DNA of 64,000 nucleotides from Dehalococcoidia bacterium. GTDB lineage: Bacteria; Chloroflexota; Dehalococcoidia; Bin125. How positions within the stretch are numbered: position 1 is the first letter of the stretch; each line of letters begins with the position of its first letter. Positions 1 to 12,602 of this stretch are shown here, piece after piece. The notes under the pieces were generated by a model that ran no database searches, was not told the origin of the DNA, and saw only the letters and a program-made list of their open reading frames with translations. The DNA is taken from NCBI GenBank assembly GCA_963422755.1, contig OY730488.1, one strand, 5' to 3'. The translations under genes were made by a program, and so were the position numbers.

Positions 1-225
1 TGCACCACTGTCATCGCTGGTGTCTGCACCGAGCGCAGCGAGGATCTCAACGAAGCGGCCGACATCCTCGATCCGCGGCACACGGCGCAGACGGGATGAT
101 TCGTCGGTCAGCAGCGCTGCCGCTAGACACGGTAGTGCAGCGTTCTTGGCCCCGTTGACACGCAACTCGCCGTCCAGGCGGCGGCGACCGGTGATCTGAA
201 TGTGGGGCTGTGTGTCGGCGTCCAT
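1..225 (-). CDS. murA: UDP-N-acetylglucosamine 1-carboxyvinyltransferase MurA, N-terminal fragment; the gene continues beyond the window start
   Basis: Minus-strand translation from the ATG at 225-223 gives MDADTQPHIQITGRRRLDGELRVNGAKNAALPCLAAALLTDE..., the typical MurA N-terminus (GAKNAALP motif). It lies directly downstream of atpC, as in many Firmicutes and Actinobacteria. It is not in the ORF track because there is no in-window stop. Confidence 0.6.
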   Translation of the reverse strand, partial: MDADTQPHIQITGRRRLDGELRVNGAKNAALPCLAAALLTDESSRLRRVPRIEDVGRFVEILAALGADTSDDSGA

Positions 226-274
226 ACGCTGACTGTAGCCCTCTTCCTCAGCGACCTGGGCGGCACCGGAGATT

Positions 275-718
275 CTAGCTGCCGGGTCGCGCCATCTCAC
301 GGCCGCTGGCGCCGCGGCGACGACGATGCTCCAGCACCCGGAGCCGCTGCAACGAGCGCGCCAGCGCAGCCTGCGCACGAGCTCGATCGGCGTCATCCGC
401 CGCATCCAACCGTTCCAGCGCCCGCTGACGCGCGGCTTCGGCACGTTCGGTGTCGATTTCTGATCCATGCTCGGCCGCATCGGCGAGTACGGTGACCTCG
501 TCCGAGTGCACCTCGAGGAAGCCGCCAGAGACGAAGTATTCCTCGACGCCGTTGCCAACCGTGACCCGCAGCTCGCCGGGAGCCAGCGAAGTGATCAGCG
601 GAGCGTGGTTCGGCAAAATGCCAAGCTCGCCCAGCGAGCCAGGCGCGACAACCTCTGCAACGTCTTCCTGACGCAGCAAACGGCGCTCGCCGGTGATGAT
701 CTCAAGCGTGAGCGGCAT
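275..718 (-). CDS. atpC: F1 ATP synthase epsilon subunit
   Basis: Translation reads MPLTLEIITGERRLL...EVHSDEVTVLAD, a beta-sandwich plus helical hairpin typical of epsilon. Start is at the ATG at 718, 10 nt after the atpD stop. The longer track ORF (to 820) overlaps atpD. Confidence 0.85.
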   Translation of the reverse strand: MPLTLEIITGERRLLRQEDVAEVVAPGSLGELGILPNHAPLITSLAPGELRVTVGNGVEEYFVSGGFLEVHSDEVTVLADAAEHGSEIDTERAEAARQRALERLDAADDADRARAQAALARSLQRLRVLEHRRRRGASGREMARPGS

Positions 719-728
719 CTGACTCCCC

Positions 729-2162
<1,434 letters not shown>

Positions 2163-2852
2163 CTAGAGTGCGCCAGCGACCGCCCCTGCGGCCTCGGACG
2201 ACCGCTCGGACAGCCATGCCAGATTGAATTGTGTCAAATCATCGACCTGCCAGTCGCTGGCGAGGCTGAGATCGTTGGTCAGTTCGCTGCGCACCTGCAC
2301 AACACTCATCCCGGCCGAACGCGCCGATTCGACGCCCGCTGGCGCATCCTCGATCGCGATGCAGTCGATCGGGTCCATGCCAAGTTTCGCAGCGGCGGTC
2401 CGATAAATCTCGGGCGATGGTTTGCCCGTCGAGACCTCGTCGCCGCAAGTGGTCTGGCTGGCCTCGGCGAAGAACTCGCGTAGCCCCGCTCCGCTCAACG
2501 CCGCCTCCACCCACATGCGATGCGATGAGCTAGCGACCGCAATCGGCACACATGCTTCGCTGAGCTGTTCAACCAGCTCGCGCGCGCCGCGGATCAGAGG
2601 CGCGCCAGCCTGATACTGGACCAGCACATCCTGGTTGTAGCGCGACTCGAACTCTTCGAACCGCATGGAGATCGGGTAACGCGCGCACAGATCGTCCCAG
2701 GTACTGGGCAGCGTCGTACCGAGGTAGCGGTGGTAGTCCTCGAGCGGGAACTCGACATCCTGCTCGGCGAGAATCTGACGGACCGCTTCGTAATGCAGCG
2801 GCTCCGAATCGAGCAGCACCCCGTCCATATCGAAGATGACCGCAGACGCCAT
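2163..2852 (-). CDS. HAD-IA family hydrolase (beta-phosphoglucomutase / phosphatase-like) embedded in the atp operon
   Basis: Opens MASAVIFDMDGVLLDSEPLH, the HAD motif I (DxDGV). Its start codon lies 2 nt after the atpG stop, and its stop lies 24 nt before the atpD start. Confidence 0.8.
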   Translation of the reverse strand: MASAVIFDMDGVLLDSEPLHYEAVRQILAEQDVEFPLEDYHRYLGTTLPSTWDDLCARYPISMRFEEFESRYNQDVLVQYQAGAPLIRGARELVEQLSEACVPIAVASSSHRMWVEAALSGAGLREFFAEASQTTCGDEVSTGKPSPEIYRTAAAKLGMDPIDCIAIEDAPAGVESARSAGMSVVQVRSELTNDLSLASDWQVDDLTQFNLAWLSERSSEAAGAVAGAL

Positions 2853-2854
2853 AG

Positions 2855-3730
2855 CTAACCCTTGAGTGCCTCAACGCCGCCGGTGATGTCGAGCAGTTCG
2901 GAGGTGATCTGCTCCTGACGGGCTTTGTTGTAGACCAACGTGAGATCCGCGATCATGTCGTTGGCTGCATCGGTCGCATTGCGCATCGCCACCATCCGCG
3001 CCGACTGCTCGGAGGCCGCCGCTTCCAGCACCGCCTGGTAGACCAGCAGATCGACGTAGCGCGGCAGCAGATCGGCTAGCACCTCTTGCGGCGACGGCTC
3101 GAAGATGTACTGAGTTTCACCCGCGCCGTCGTCCGCCGGAGGCGGCTGAACTGGGAGGATCGGCACGGTGACGGGCGCCTGCGAGACGGTGTTGATGAAT
3201 GACGCATACACCAGCAGCACGCGGTCGACGCGGCCCGCGATGTAATCGTCGATCGCAATCCGTGAGATCGGCTGCGTCTCGGCCAAACCCGGGTAGTCGC
3301 CCAGTTCCTGGAATCGCGCGCGGAAGTTGATCCCAAAACGCTGGAAGTACTCGCCACCTTTGCGGCCCACGGGAATCATCGAGATATCGCCGAAGCCGGC
3401 CGTCTCGGGCCCTAGCACGATCTCACCGGTGTGGCGCTCGAGATTGGCGACCAGTCCGCCGCACAGGCCGCGGTCAGGGGTGATCAGAATGACGGCCGTC
3501 TCATTAACCTCGCGGCGCGCCAGCAGTGGGTGCGCCGTCTCAGGCTCGGCAGCGACGGTTGAGAGGTGGGCTAGCACCGCCTGCATCTTCTCGGCGTAAG
3601 GGCGAGCCTGCAGCGCGCGATCCTGTGCGCGGCGCATCTTGGACGCCGCCACCAGCTGGATCGCGTTGGTGATCTTGGCCGTGTTCTCGACCGAGCGGAT
3701 ACGTCGGCGGATTTCCCGCGTGTTGGCCAT
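2855..3730 (-). CDS. atpG: F1 ATP synthase gamma subunit
   Basis: N-terminus MANTREIRRRIRSVENTAKITNAIQLVAASKMRRAQ is the canonical gamma start; 291 aa. Confidence 0.93.
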   Translation of the reverse strand: MANTREIRRRIRSVENTAKITNAIQLVAASKMRRAQDRALQARPYAEKMQAVLAHLSTVAAEPETAHPLLARREVNETAVILITPDRGLCGGLVANLERHTGEIVLGPETAGFGDISMIPVGRKGGEYFQRFGINFRARFQELGDYPGLAETQPISRIAIDDYIAGRVDRVLLVYASFINTVSQAPVTVPILPVQPPPADDGAGETQYIFEPSPQEVLADLLPRYVDLLVYQAVLEAAASEQSARMVAMRNATDAANDMIADLTLVYNKARQEQITSELLDITGGVEALKG

Positions 3731-3807
3731 CGACCCCTGCTTCTCTCAATTACATCCGTCGCGTGTGTATCCAGCCTCGGGGTCGCACCCCGTCGCTGGA
3801 GCGCGCC

Positions 3808-5334
3808 CTAGAACGGAACGGTGTCCTTGAACGTGCGCAGCGCCGTGCCCAGCGCCGCCTCGGCATCGTCGGAGATCTGACCGGAATCGGCGATCCCGCT
3901 GAGCAGATCACGGTGCGACGTGTTTAGGTACTCTGACGCGCCGTTGGCGAAGTCGTTGACCTTGTTCACTGGCACATCGTCGAGGATGCCGGCGTTGGCC
4001 GCGAACAACAGCGCGACCTGAGTAGGCAGCGAAAGCGGCTGCTGTTCCGGCTGCACCAACAATGCGGACAGCCGCTGACCACGCTCCAGCTGGCGGCGCG
4101 TGGCCGCGTCGAGGTCGGAGGTGCCGAACTGCGCGAACGCCTGCAGCTCTCGGAACTGCGCCATGTCAATCCGCAGCTGTCCCGCGACCGAGCGCATCGC
4201 CCGCTTCTGCGCCGAGCCGCCGACGCGTGAGACCGAGATGCCAGCGTTGACGGCCGGCCGCTGCCCTGCGTTGAATAGGTCAGCCTCGAGGAAGATCTGG
4301 CCGTCAGTGATAGAGATCACGTTGGTCGGAATGTAGGCCGAAACGTCACCCGCCTGGGTCTCGATGATCGGCAGCGCGGTGATCGAACCGCCGCCGTGCT
4401 CGTCGGAAAGCTTGGCCGCGCGTTCGAGCAATCGTGAGTGTAGGTAGAAGACGTCGCCGGGATAGGCCTCGCGGCCGGGCGGCCGACGCAGCAGCAGCGA
4501 AATCTGCCGGTAGGCCCAGGCGTGCTTGGAGAGGTCGTCGTAGATGATCAGGGCATCCTGGCCGCGCTCCATGAAGTACTCGGCCATCGCCACACCCGAG
4601 TAGGGAGCGAGATACTGTTGCGCCGCCGATTCCGCAGAGGCGGCGTTGACGACGATGGTGTGCCCCATCGCGCCATGCTCTTCAAGTGTGGAGACCACGT
4701 TCATCACCTTGGCCTGCTTCTGGCCGATGGCGACGTAGATGCAGATCAGATCTTCGCCCTTCTGGTTGATGATCGTGTCAATGGCGATCGACGACTTACC
4801 CGTTTGGCGGTCGCCGATGATCAGTTCGCGCTGCCCACGACCGATCGGAATCTGCGAGTCGATCGCGAGGATGCCGGTTTGCACCGGAGTATCGACCGAG
4901 GCGCGGGTGACCACGTTGGGCGCGATCCGCTCGACAGGACGCCTCTCAGCCACGCCAATCGGCCCCTTGCCGTCAATCGGCTCACCCAGCGCGTTGACCA
5001 CGCGGCCGATCAGCTGTTCGCCCACCGGTACCTCAGCGACAGTGCCGGTGGAGCGCACCTCATCGCCTTCTTCGATCACGCGATAGTCGCCCATGATCAC
5101 GGTACCGACGATCTCTTCTTCGAGATTCAGCGCCATCCCCATGACGGGATCGGAACCATCCTTGGGGCGGAACTCCAGCAGCTCGCCGGAGAGCGCTCCG
5201 GCCAAGCCGTAGACGCGGGCGATTCCGTCGCCCGCCTCAACCACCGTGCCGACCTCGGCCGACACGACCTGGCTCTCGAAGCCCTCGATCTGCTGTCGAA
5301 TCAAGGCGGCGACTTCTTCTGGTCGGACAGCCAT
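3808..5334 (-). CDS. atpA: F1 ATP synthase alpha subunit
   Basis: 508 aa with the P-loop GDRQTGKS and conserved alpha-subunit blocks. Confidence 0.97.
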   Translation of the reverse strand: MAVRPEEVAALIRQQIEGFESQVVSAEVGTVVEAGDGIARVYGLAGALSGELLEFRPKDGSDPVMGMALNLEEEIVGTVIMGDYRVIEEGDEVRSTGTVAEVPVGEQLIGRVVNALGEPIDGKGPIGVAERRPVERIAPNVVTRASVDTPVQTGILAIDSQIPIGRGQRELIIGDRQTGKSSIAIDTIINQKGEDLICIYVAIGQKQAKVMNVVSTLEEHGAMGHTIVVNAASAESAAQQYLAPYSGVAMAEYFMERGQDALIIYDDLSKHAWAYRQISLLLRRPPGREAYPGDVFYLHSRLLERAAKLSDEHGGGSITALPIIETQAGDVSAYIPTNVISITDGQIFLEADLFNAGQRPAVNAGISVSRVGGSAQKRAMRSVAGQLRIDMAQFRELQAFAQFGTSDLDAATRRQLERGQRLSALLVQPEQQPLSLPTQVALLFAANAGILDDVPVNKVNDFANGASEYLNTSHRDLLSGIADSGQISDDAEAALGTALRTFKDTVPF

Positions 5335-5365
5335 ACTGCTGACTCCTTCGGTGAACCTGGTCCCG

Positions 5366-5905
5366 TTAGCCCTGCGCGAGCGACCGGCGCATCGTGGCTA
5401 GTCGCGTGCGCACGGACCCGTCAATGATGCGATCGCCGATTTTCAACACCGCGCCGCCGACGATCTGACCGTCGACCGCCTCACTCAGCGACACGGTCCT
5501 AGCGTTGGTGTAGCGGCGAACCGCGTCCTGCACGGCACTCCGGGCGTCATCGGTGAGCGGTACGGCTGTCGTCACGGTCGCTTCGGCGATCCCTCGCACG
5601 CTGTTCAGACGCTCGCGGAACGCCTCCACAATCTGCGGCGCTAGATTGGCGCGCCGCTTGCGCACGAGCAGTTTGGCGAAATTGCCGGCGCTGCGCTGCA
5701 CGTCGGGCAGCGCAGTATCCAGCACCTGCTCCTTCTCAGCCTGCGGCACACGCGTCGAGGCAAGAAACTGATAGACCGTCGGCTCCGCAAACAGCGCGGC
5801 GATGTCCTTGAGATCGGACACCCAGCGATCGTGCGACGCGGTGTCGTGGGCGATACCGAAGACGGCATCGGCGTATCGTCGTGCGGCCGGGTCGCTGAGC
5901 GCCAC
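5366..5905 (-). CDS. atpH: ATP synthase delta (OSCP) subunit
   Basis: 179 aa, OSCP-like, positioned between atpF and atpA. Confidence 0.85.
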   Translation of the reverse strand: MALSDPAARRYADAVFGIAHDTASHDRWVSDLKDIAALFAEPTVYQFLASTRVPQAEKEQVLDTALPDVQRSAGNFAKLLVRKRRANLAPQIVEAFRERLNSVRGIAEATVTTAVPLTDDARSAVQDAVRRYTNARTVSLSEAVDGQIVGGAVLKIGDRIIDGSVRTRLATMRRSLAQG

Positions 5906-5926
5906 GATGCATTCCCCGCTCTGTTG

Positions 5927-6436
5927 CTAGTTCCGCTGGGTGTCGCCGCCGGCCGACGATTCAGCCAGCACATCGGCGATCAGCCGCTGATGGTCGTCGA
6001 CGTCGAGCGACTGCCCAATGACACGCTCTGCCGCGGCGATCGCCATCCCGGCAAACTCGTCGCGCAGCTGCTGCACCGCCCGGTCGCGCTCTTGCTCGAT
6101 CTCCGAACGGGCTCGCTCGATGAGCTGCTCCGCCTGAGCGGATGCGTGCTCTCGTGCTTCCGCCTCGATGCGCTGTCCCAGCTCTTGCGCCTGAGCGACA
6201 AGCCGCTGCGCTTCGTCACGACCCTGCTGGATTTCAGCGCGGGCCTCGGCGCGGGACTCTTCGGCCGCTGCCTGCGCCCGTTCGGACGCCGTCAGCCCCT
6301 CTTCGATCCGCTTACGGCGCTCGTCCAAGACCCGCCCGAGCGGCTTGTACAGCAGCACGAACAGCAAGGCGAACAGGATACCGAAACTGATGAAGTGGGT
6401 GATCAGCCCAGCGAGGTTGAGACCAAGTGCGTCCAT
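5927..6436 (-). CDS. atpF: Fo ATP synthase b subunit
   Basis: N-terminal TM helix followed by a long charged coiled-coil rich in E/R/A/Q; 169 aa. Confidence 0.85.
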   Translation of the reverse strand: MDALGLNLAGLITHFISFGILFALLFVLLYKPLGRVLDERRKRIEEGLTASERAQAAAEESRAEARAEIQQGRDEAQRLVAQAQELGQRIEAEAREHASAQAEQLIERARSEIEQERDRAVQQLRDEFAGMAIAAAERVIGQSLDVDDHQRLIADVLAESSAGGDTQRN

Positions 6437-6515
6437 GCCGTCCTGCCTATCCGTCTGCTCCAGCTACGGGCGGCGCACGGCGTCGCGCCCGCCCTGAGCG
6501 GTCAATCGACGTCGC

Positions 6516-8393
<1,878 letters not shown>

Positions 8394-8397
<4 letters not shown>

Positions 8398-8696
8398 GCG
8401 TGTTCCTCCTCGTCTCGCTCATTCGCGTTCGGCGCGCCATGCTGAGCGCCATGCGGCTTGGCCGCCTGCGCCCGGTCTTGACGCTGCCGCGCTTGCGTGG
8501 CCAACACGTCTTGCAGCATGCGATACCCGCCCCAGCCGGCCGAAGCCAGCCCAATGCCGAGTCCGACCAGGGTGAGCGCGAAGCCCGTCCCCAGCTCGCT
8601 GTCCAGCAGGACGCCGCCGACCACACCGAAGACGATGCAGGTAGCAACGTACCAGCCGATCCCCATGAGCTGCATGGCCGGCGGCCACTGTCTCAT
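8394..8696 (-). CDS. AtpI/AtpZ-like small membrane protein
   Basis: 100 aa with two predicted TM helices. It sits immediately upstream of atpB and overlaps it by 4 nt (ATGA). Confidence 0.5.
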
Positions 8697-8739
8697 CGGG
8701 ACGCTCCCTACCGGAACTCTCTGACAGAGTCCGCGCTCG

Positions 8740-8785
8740 GAGCAATGGGAAGATTATCACAAAGTTCACTTGCGACAAGAAAGCA
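8740..8785 (-). promoter_or_regulatory. putative sigma-70-type promoter for the atp operon
   Basis: On the minus strand, the comparatively AT-rich segment reads CTTGTCGCAAGTGAACTTTGTGATAATCTT, a TTGTCG -35-like hexamer followed by a TGTGATAAT extended -10-like motif. It lies about 60-100 nt upstream of the atpI-like ORF. Spacing is imperfect. Confidence 0.25.
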
Positions 8786-8924
8786 GCGGCGGCTCGCGCA
8801 TCCTCTTCGAGCGGGCGGGGCGCTCTGTGTTGCGGGATACTCCCACGAGATGCTCCCACATAGGGCTGAGCTATGCGGGCCGAAGCTTGCCGTGTGCGCT
8901 GCCGGGGTAGCGCGCCTCCTGCGG

Positions 8925-9446
8925 TTACTCAAAATCATCCATGTCCAACGACTCGATAAAGTCGCGGAAGGCCGACATCTTCTCCAGTTCTTCGGGCTTG
9001 ACCGGCTCGGGTCGCCCCTCCTCGTCAGCGGAGATTAAGCCCTGGTCGTCCAGTAGGACGCCAGCCTGGTCGATCACGTCGTCCTCCACGAAGATCGGCG
9101 CCTCAGCGCGAACGGCGAGCGCAATGGCGTCGGAGGGACGCGAGTCGATCTCCACCTGTTCGTTGTTCACGTCGAGGTAGAGCCGCGCGTAGTAGGTGTC
9201 GTTGCGGACCTCGGTGACAACCACCTTGGTCACGCTGGCACCCAGCTCCAGCATCAGGTTGGTCATCAGGTCGTGCGTCATCGGTCGTTGCACGGAGACG
9301 TTCTGCAGGCGGATGGCGATCGCATCGGCTTCCGCCGCGCCGATGTAGATAGTCAGGTAGCGGTCCGCGTCCTTTTCCTTGAGGACGACGACGCGGTTGT
9401 AGTTCATCAGGGACACGCGCAGCGCTTCGATCGTGACTTCTTTCAT
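8925..9446 (-). CDS. bifunctional nuclease (BFN/DUF151) domain protein
   Basis: 173 aa. The motif IDSRPSDAIALAVRAEAPIFV is characteristic of the BFN family. Confidence 0.7.
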   Translation of the reverse strand: MKEVTIEALRVSLMNYNRVVVLKEKDADRYLTIYIGAAEADAIAIRLQNVSVQRPMTHDLMTNLMLELGASVTKVVVTEVRNDTYYARLYLDVNNEQVEIDSRPSDAIALAVRAEAPIFVEDDVIDQAGVLLDDQGLISADEEGRPEPVKPEELEKMSAFRDFIESLDMDDFE

Positions 9447-9557
9447 GCCGCGCCTCCCCTTCCGATGCTCGTGTACTGCTGTGCGCGGACGCTTATTGAC
9501 GCGCGCAAGGGATCACCTGCCAGATTAGCGCAGCCTGAGCGAATCATTGCGTCCATC

Positions 9558-10922
9558 TCAGAGTCCACCTCCGAATGGCGGTTCGCCCGCGCTCGGCGTT
9601 CGCGGCAGCTGCGCCACGCCGCGGCGGCCGAGCCAGAGCGATCCCAGCGTGACGGCGAACAGGCCGCCACCAAGCAGGAACAGCCCCTGACGCACCCCGG
9701 CGGTGTCTGCAACCCCGCCGACCAGCAGCAGCGCCAGCATCGAAACTGCGTTGGCGAGCATCATCTGCGCCGAAAACAGACGTCCGCGCATCTCTGGCGG
9801 CGCCCGCTCTTGCAACAGTGTCTGGGCTGGCGCGTTGACCATTGCGTAGGCGACACCGAGCGGGAAGGCCAGCACCAGCGTCGGAGCCAGCAGCCAGTCC
9901 TGCGCTGCGGCGTCACCGCGGAGGAGGTCGAGCAGACCGAACATCGTCACGACCAGTGTGATCACGGCCAGTCCGATCGAGGCCATATGAGTGATCGCGA
10001 TCCGTCGCCCCAGCCATGGCAACAGCACGAGCGCCAGCAGCGCGCCGAAGCCAGTAGGCCAAAATACGAAGACCGCGTCTTCCTCCGCGCGGCCCAACAC
10101 GTCGTGCACGAACTGCGGTACCAGCACAGCGAACATGAACAACAGCATCACGCCCGAGATGAGCTGAATCAGCGCTACCGCCATCAGTCGATCGCGCCAG
10201 ACCAGCACAGCCGCCGAGCGGATGTCATACAGCGTCGCCGCAATGGCGGCCCCGATCTGACCCACGTCCTCCGAGACCCGCTCGGGCGACTGGTGCGCGC
10301 GCGGCAGCGGTTTCAGCGGCGGCAGCAGCGCCAGCAGCGCCGCAGACGATAGCAGCGCCGCAGCGCTGACGATGTAGGAAACGTCGAAGCCCAACACCTT
10401 CAGCATGATCGGCGCCAACATCACCAGGCCGATCAGCTGCGTCGACGTTGTCGTGAATTGAAAGGCGGAGTTGGCCGACAACAGCTGCGCACGCGCAACG
10501 AATCGAGGCACCGCGGCAGCGCCAGCCGGGACCGCGAACTGTCCCGCTGCGGCCGTTCCAAAGGCGACCACGTAGACCGCGCCGACCGAGACGTTATCAG
10601 CGAGCAAGAGCAGCGCCGTCAGCCCCGAGCGGACGATCACCGCGATGATCAGCATGCGGCGCTTGTCCAGGCGATCGAGTAGCACGCCCGCCACCGCGCC
10701 CATCAGCACTGGCGGCGCCGCCAAACAGATCACCAACAGCGTCGACGCGAATGGCGACCCCGTCTGCTCAAGCACCCAGATCAGCAGCACGAACTGCAGC
10801 GCCGAGTTGATCGTGAGCTGGATCCCAGTCGCCGACCAGAGTGCGAGGAAGGGACGATTGCGCCAGAGCGGGAGCGGGGCCACGGTCGCCGCAGCCGGCT
10901 CAACCCCCGGCTGGGTGCTCAC
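9558..10922 (-). CDS. MFS transporter
   Basis: 454 aa with about 12 TM segments and MFS signature loops (DRLDKRRM). The GTG start overlaps the pyrF stop (GTGA). Confidence 0.8.
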   Translation of the reverse strand: MSTQPGVEPAAATVAPLPLWRNRPFLALWSATGIQLTINSALQFVLLIWVLEQTGSPFASTLLVICLAAPPVLMGAVAGVLLDRLDKRRMLIIAVIVRSGLTALLLLADNVSVGAVYVVAFGTAAAGQFAVPAGAAAVPRFVARAQLLSANSAFQFTTTSTQLIGLVMLAPIMLKVLGFDVSYIVSAAALLSSAALLALLPPLKPLPRAHQSPERVSEDVGQIGAAIAATLYDIRSAAVLVWRDRLMAVALIQLISGVMLLFMFAVLVPQFVHDVLGRAEEDAVFVFWPTGFGALLALVLLPWLGRRIAITHMASIGLAVITLVVTMFGLLDLLRGDAAAQDWLLAPTLVLAFPLGVAYAMVNAPAQTLLQERAPPEMRGRLFSAQMMLANAVSMLALLLVGGVADTAGVRQGLFLLGGGLFAVTLGSLWLGRRGVAQLPRTPSAGEPPFGGGL

Positions 10923-11743
10923 GAGGATGCAGATTCGGCAGCGTTGACGGCGTTCGCGGCTGCTCGCAAGCGCGATGCTTCCGCTCGGACTGCGTCAGCG
11001 TCGCCTGCATAGATCACCGAGCGGGAAGCAGCGATCAACAGTCCACGCCCCTGCGCATCGACGCCGGCCGCGACCGATGCCTCGAGGTCCCCGCCTTGCG
11101 CGCCGATGCCCGGCAGCAGGATCGGCATCTCCGGACAACGCGCGCGTACCAGAGCGAGCTCGTCCGGCCAGGTCGCGCCCACCACCAGACCGAGATTGCC
11201 GTGGTGCGACTCAGCCCACTCGCGGCAGCGTGCGGCCACGCTCAGGTACAGCGGTTCGCCCGACGCCATCTCCAGCGACTGCAAATCAGCGGCGCCGGGA
11301 TTGGATGTACGACAGAGCGCAAACGCGCCCCGATCGGGACGTTCCAGAAACGGCGCAAGCGAGTCGCCGCCCAGGTACGGATTGATCGTCACCGCGTCGG
11401 CGCTGAACCAGTCAAACGCCGCTGAGGCATAAGCCACGGCCGTATTCCCGATGTCATTGCGTTTGACGTCGAGGATCACGATCGCCTGCGGAGCCCACTG
11501 CCGCACGATGCCGATCGTCTCGCGCAGCGCTCTCCAGCCGACCTCGCCGGCCGCCTCATAGAAGGCCGACTGTAGTTTGTAGGCACAGACGAGATCTGCA
11601 GTCGCTTCGATCACCTTGGCATTGAAAGCGGTGATCTCCGCAGGTGCGGTTCGCGCGGGCTGCGGGTCCAGGCCCACGCAGATCAATGAGTCCGCCGTCT
11701 GCATTGCCTGCGCCAGCCGCTCGGTGAATCGGGGGTTTGACAT
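10919..11743 (-). CDS. pyrF: orotidine 5'-phosphate decarboxylase (type 2)
   Basis: From the ATG at 11743 it reads MSNPRFTERLAQAMQTADSLICVGLDPQP...ILDVKRNDIGNT..., the OMPdecase active-site region. The longer track ORF (to 12265) is a low-complexity N-terminal extension and is unlikely to be real. Confidence 0.85.
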   Translation of the reverse strand: MSNPRFTERLAQAMQTADSLICVGLDPQPARTAPAEITAFNAKVIEATADLVCAYKLQSAFYEAAGEVGWRALRETIGIVRQWAPQAIVILDVKRNDIGNTAVAYASAAFDWFSADAVTINPYLGGDSLAPFLERPDRGAFALCRTSNPGAADLQSLEMASGEPLYLSVAARCREWAESHHGNLGLVVGATWPDELALVRARCPEMPILLPGIGAQGGDLEASVAAGVDAQGRGLLIAASRSVIYAGDADAVRAEASRLRAAANAVNAAESASS

Positions 11744-12602
11744 GGAGGCAGCGTATCGACCGTCAGGCGCACGCGCTGACGGCTGCCCCCCAGCTAGACC
11801 CCAGTCGGCCGGAGCGTACAGTGCGGAAGTGTCCGACGCGCCGCTCGAGGTTGAGGTCCACCTGCAGCCGCCGCCAGCCCCAGCGCTGCGCGGGACGACG
11901 GCGATCGTGCTCGACATCTTCCGCGCGACGACGGTGCACGCGGCGCTGTTCGCCGGCGGCGCTGCGGCGGTCTGGCCTGCTGCTGATTTCTCGCACGGCG
12001 CGGCGCTGGCACAGTCGATCGCTGACAGTCGGCTGATCGGCGAAATCGGCGCGCTGCCGCCGCCGGAAGCCGAGTACGGCAATTCGCCAACGGAGTTCGC
12101 CTCGCTAGACGTGCGCGGCTGGCGCGTGGTGCATGTGACCAGCAACGGTACCCGAGCACTGACGCACGCCGCGTCCGCGGACGCGGTGTACTCCGGCTGT
12201 CTACGCAATCGCTCAGCGACGCTGCGGCATGCACTGGCCGGAGCGCCCCAGCGCGTAGCGGTCATCTGCAGCGGCGATCACGGCGGCGCGTCGCCCTCGG
12301 TCGAGGACGCTTTCGCCGCCGGCGCGTATGTGTCGGAACTGCAGCGGCTCGGCGTCGGGGCATCCTCGCCAGTCTCCTGGCGGGGCGGGGCGAGACTAGC
12401 CCTCAAGCTCTATCACGCTTATGCGCGATCGCCAGCGCGGGCCTTCGCCGACTCGCCGCACGGCGAGCGACTGCGCCAGTTGGGATTCTGGGCGGATTTC
12501 GCGTACGCCGGCGCCATCGATGCTGACCAGACGGTCATCGCGCTGACCGCAGACGACTTAGGACGGCCGGTCCTTGAGCGCGTCCCAGCTTTGCCGCATT
12601 GA
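11742..12602 (+). CDS. 2-phosphosulfolactate phosphatase (ComB) family protein
   Basis: Contains TAIVLDIFRATTV, matching the ComB-family (V)(I)DxxRATT motif. The start may be the ATG at 11742 or the upstream ATG at 11616. Confidence 0.6.
   Translation: MEAAYRPSGARADGCPPARPQSAGAYSAEVSDAPLEVEVHLQPPPAPALRGTTAIVLDIFRATTVHAALFAGGAAAVWPAADFSHGAALAQSIADSRLIGEIGALPPPEAEYGNSPTEFASLDVRGWRVVHVTSNGTRALTHAASADAVYSGCLRNRSATLRHALAGAPQRVAVICSGDHGGASPSVEDAFAAGAYVSELQRLGVGASSPVSWRGGARLALKLYHAYARSPARAFADSPHGERLRQLGFWADFAYAGAIDADQTVIALTADDLGRPVLERVPALPH

Noticed and set aside
4522-5427. 301-aa plus-strand ORF
   Set aside because: Antisense to atpA; spurious.
8700-8924. possible riboswitch or leader upstream of the atp operon
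   Set aside because: No recognizable riboswitch consensus could be matched by eye. I report only a weak promoter-like element.
9273-10352. 359-aa plus-strand ORF
   Set aside because: Antisense to the MFS transporter; highly Arg/Gln/His-rich and spurious.
10919-12265. 448-aa version of pyrF with a long N-terminal extension
   Set aside because: The extension is Ala/Ser/Arg low-complexity and overlaps the divergent ComB-like gene. The conserved OMPdecase sequence begins at the ATG at 11743.
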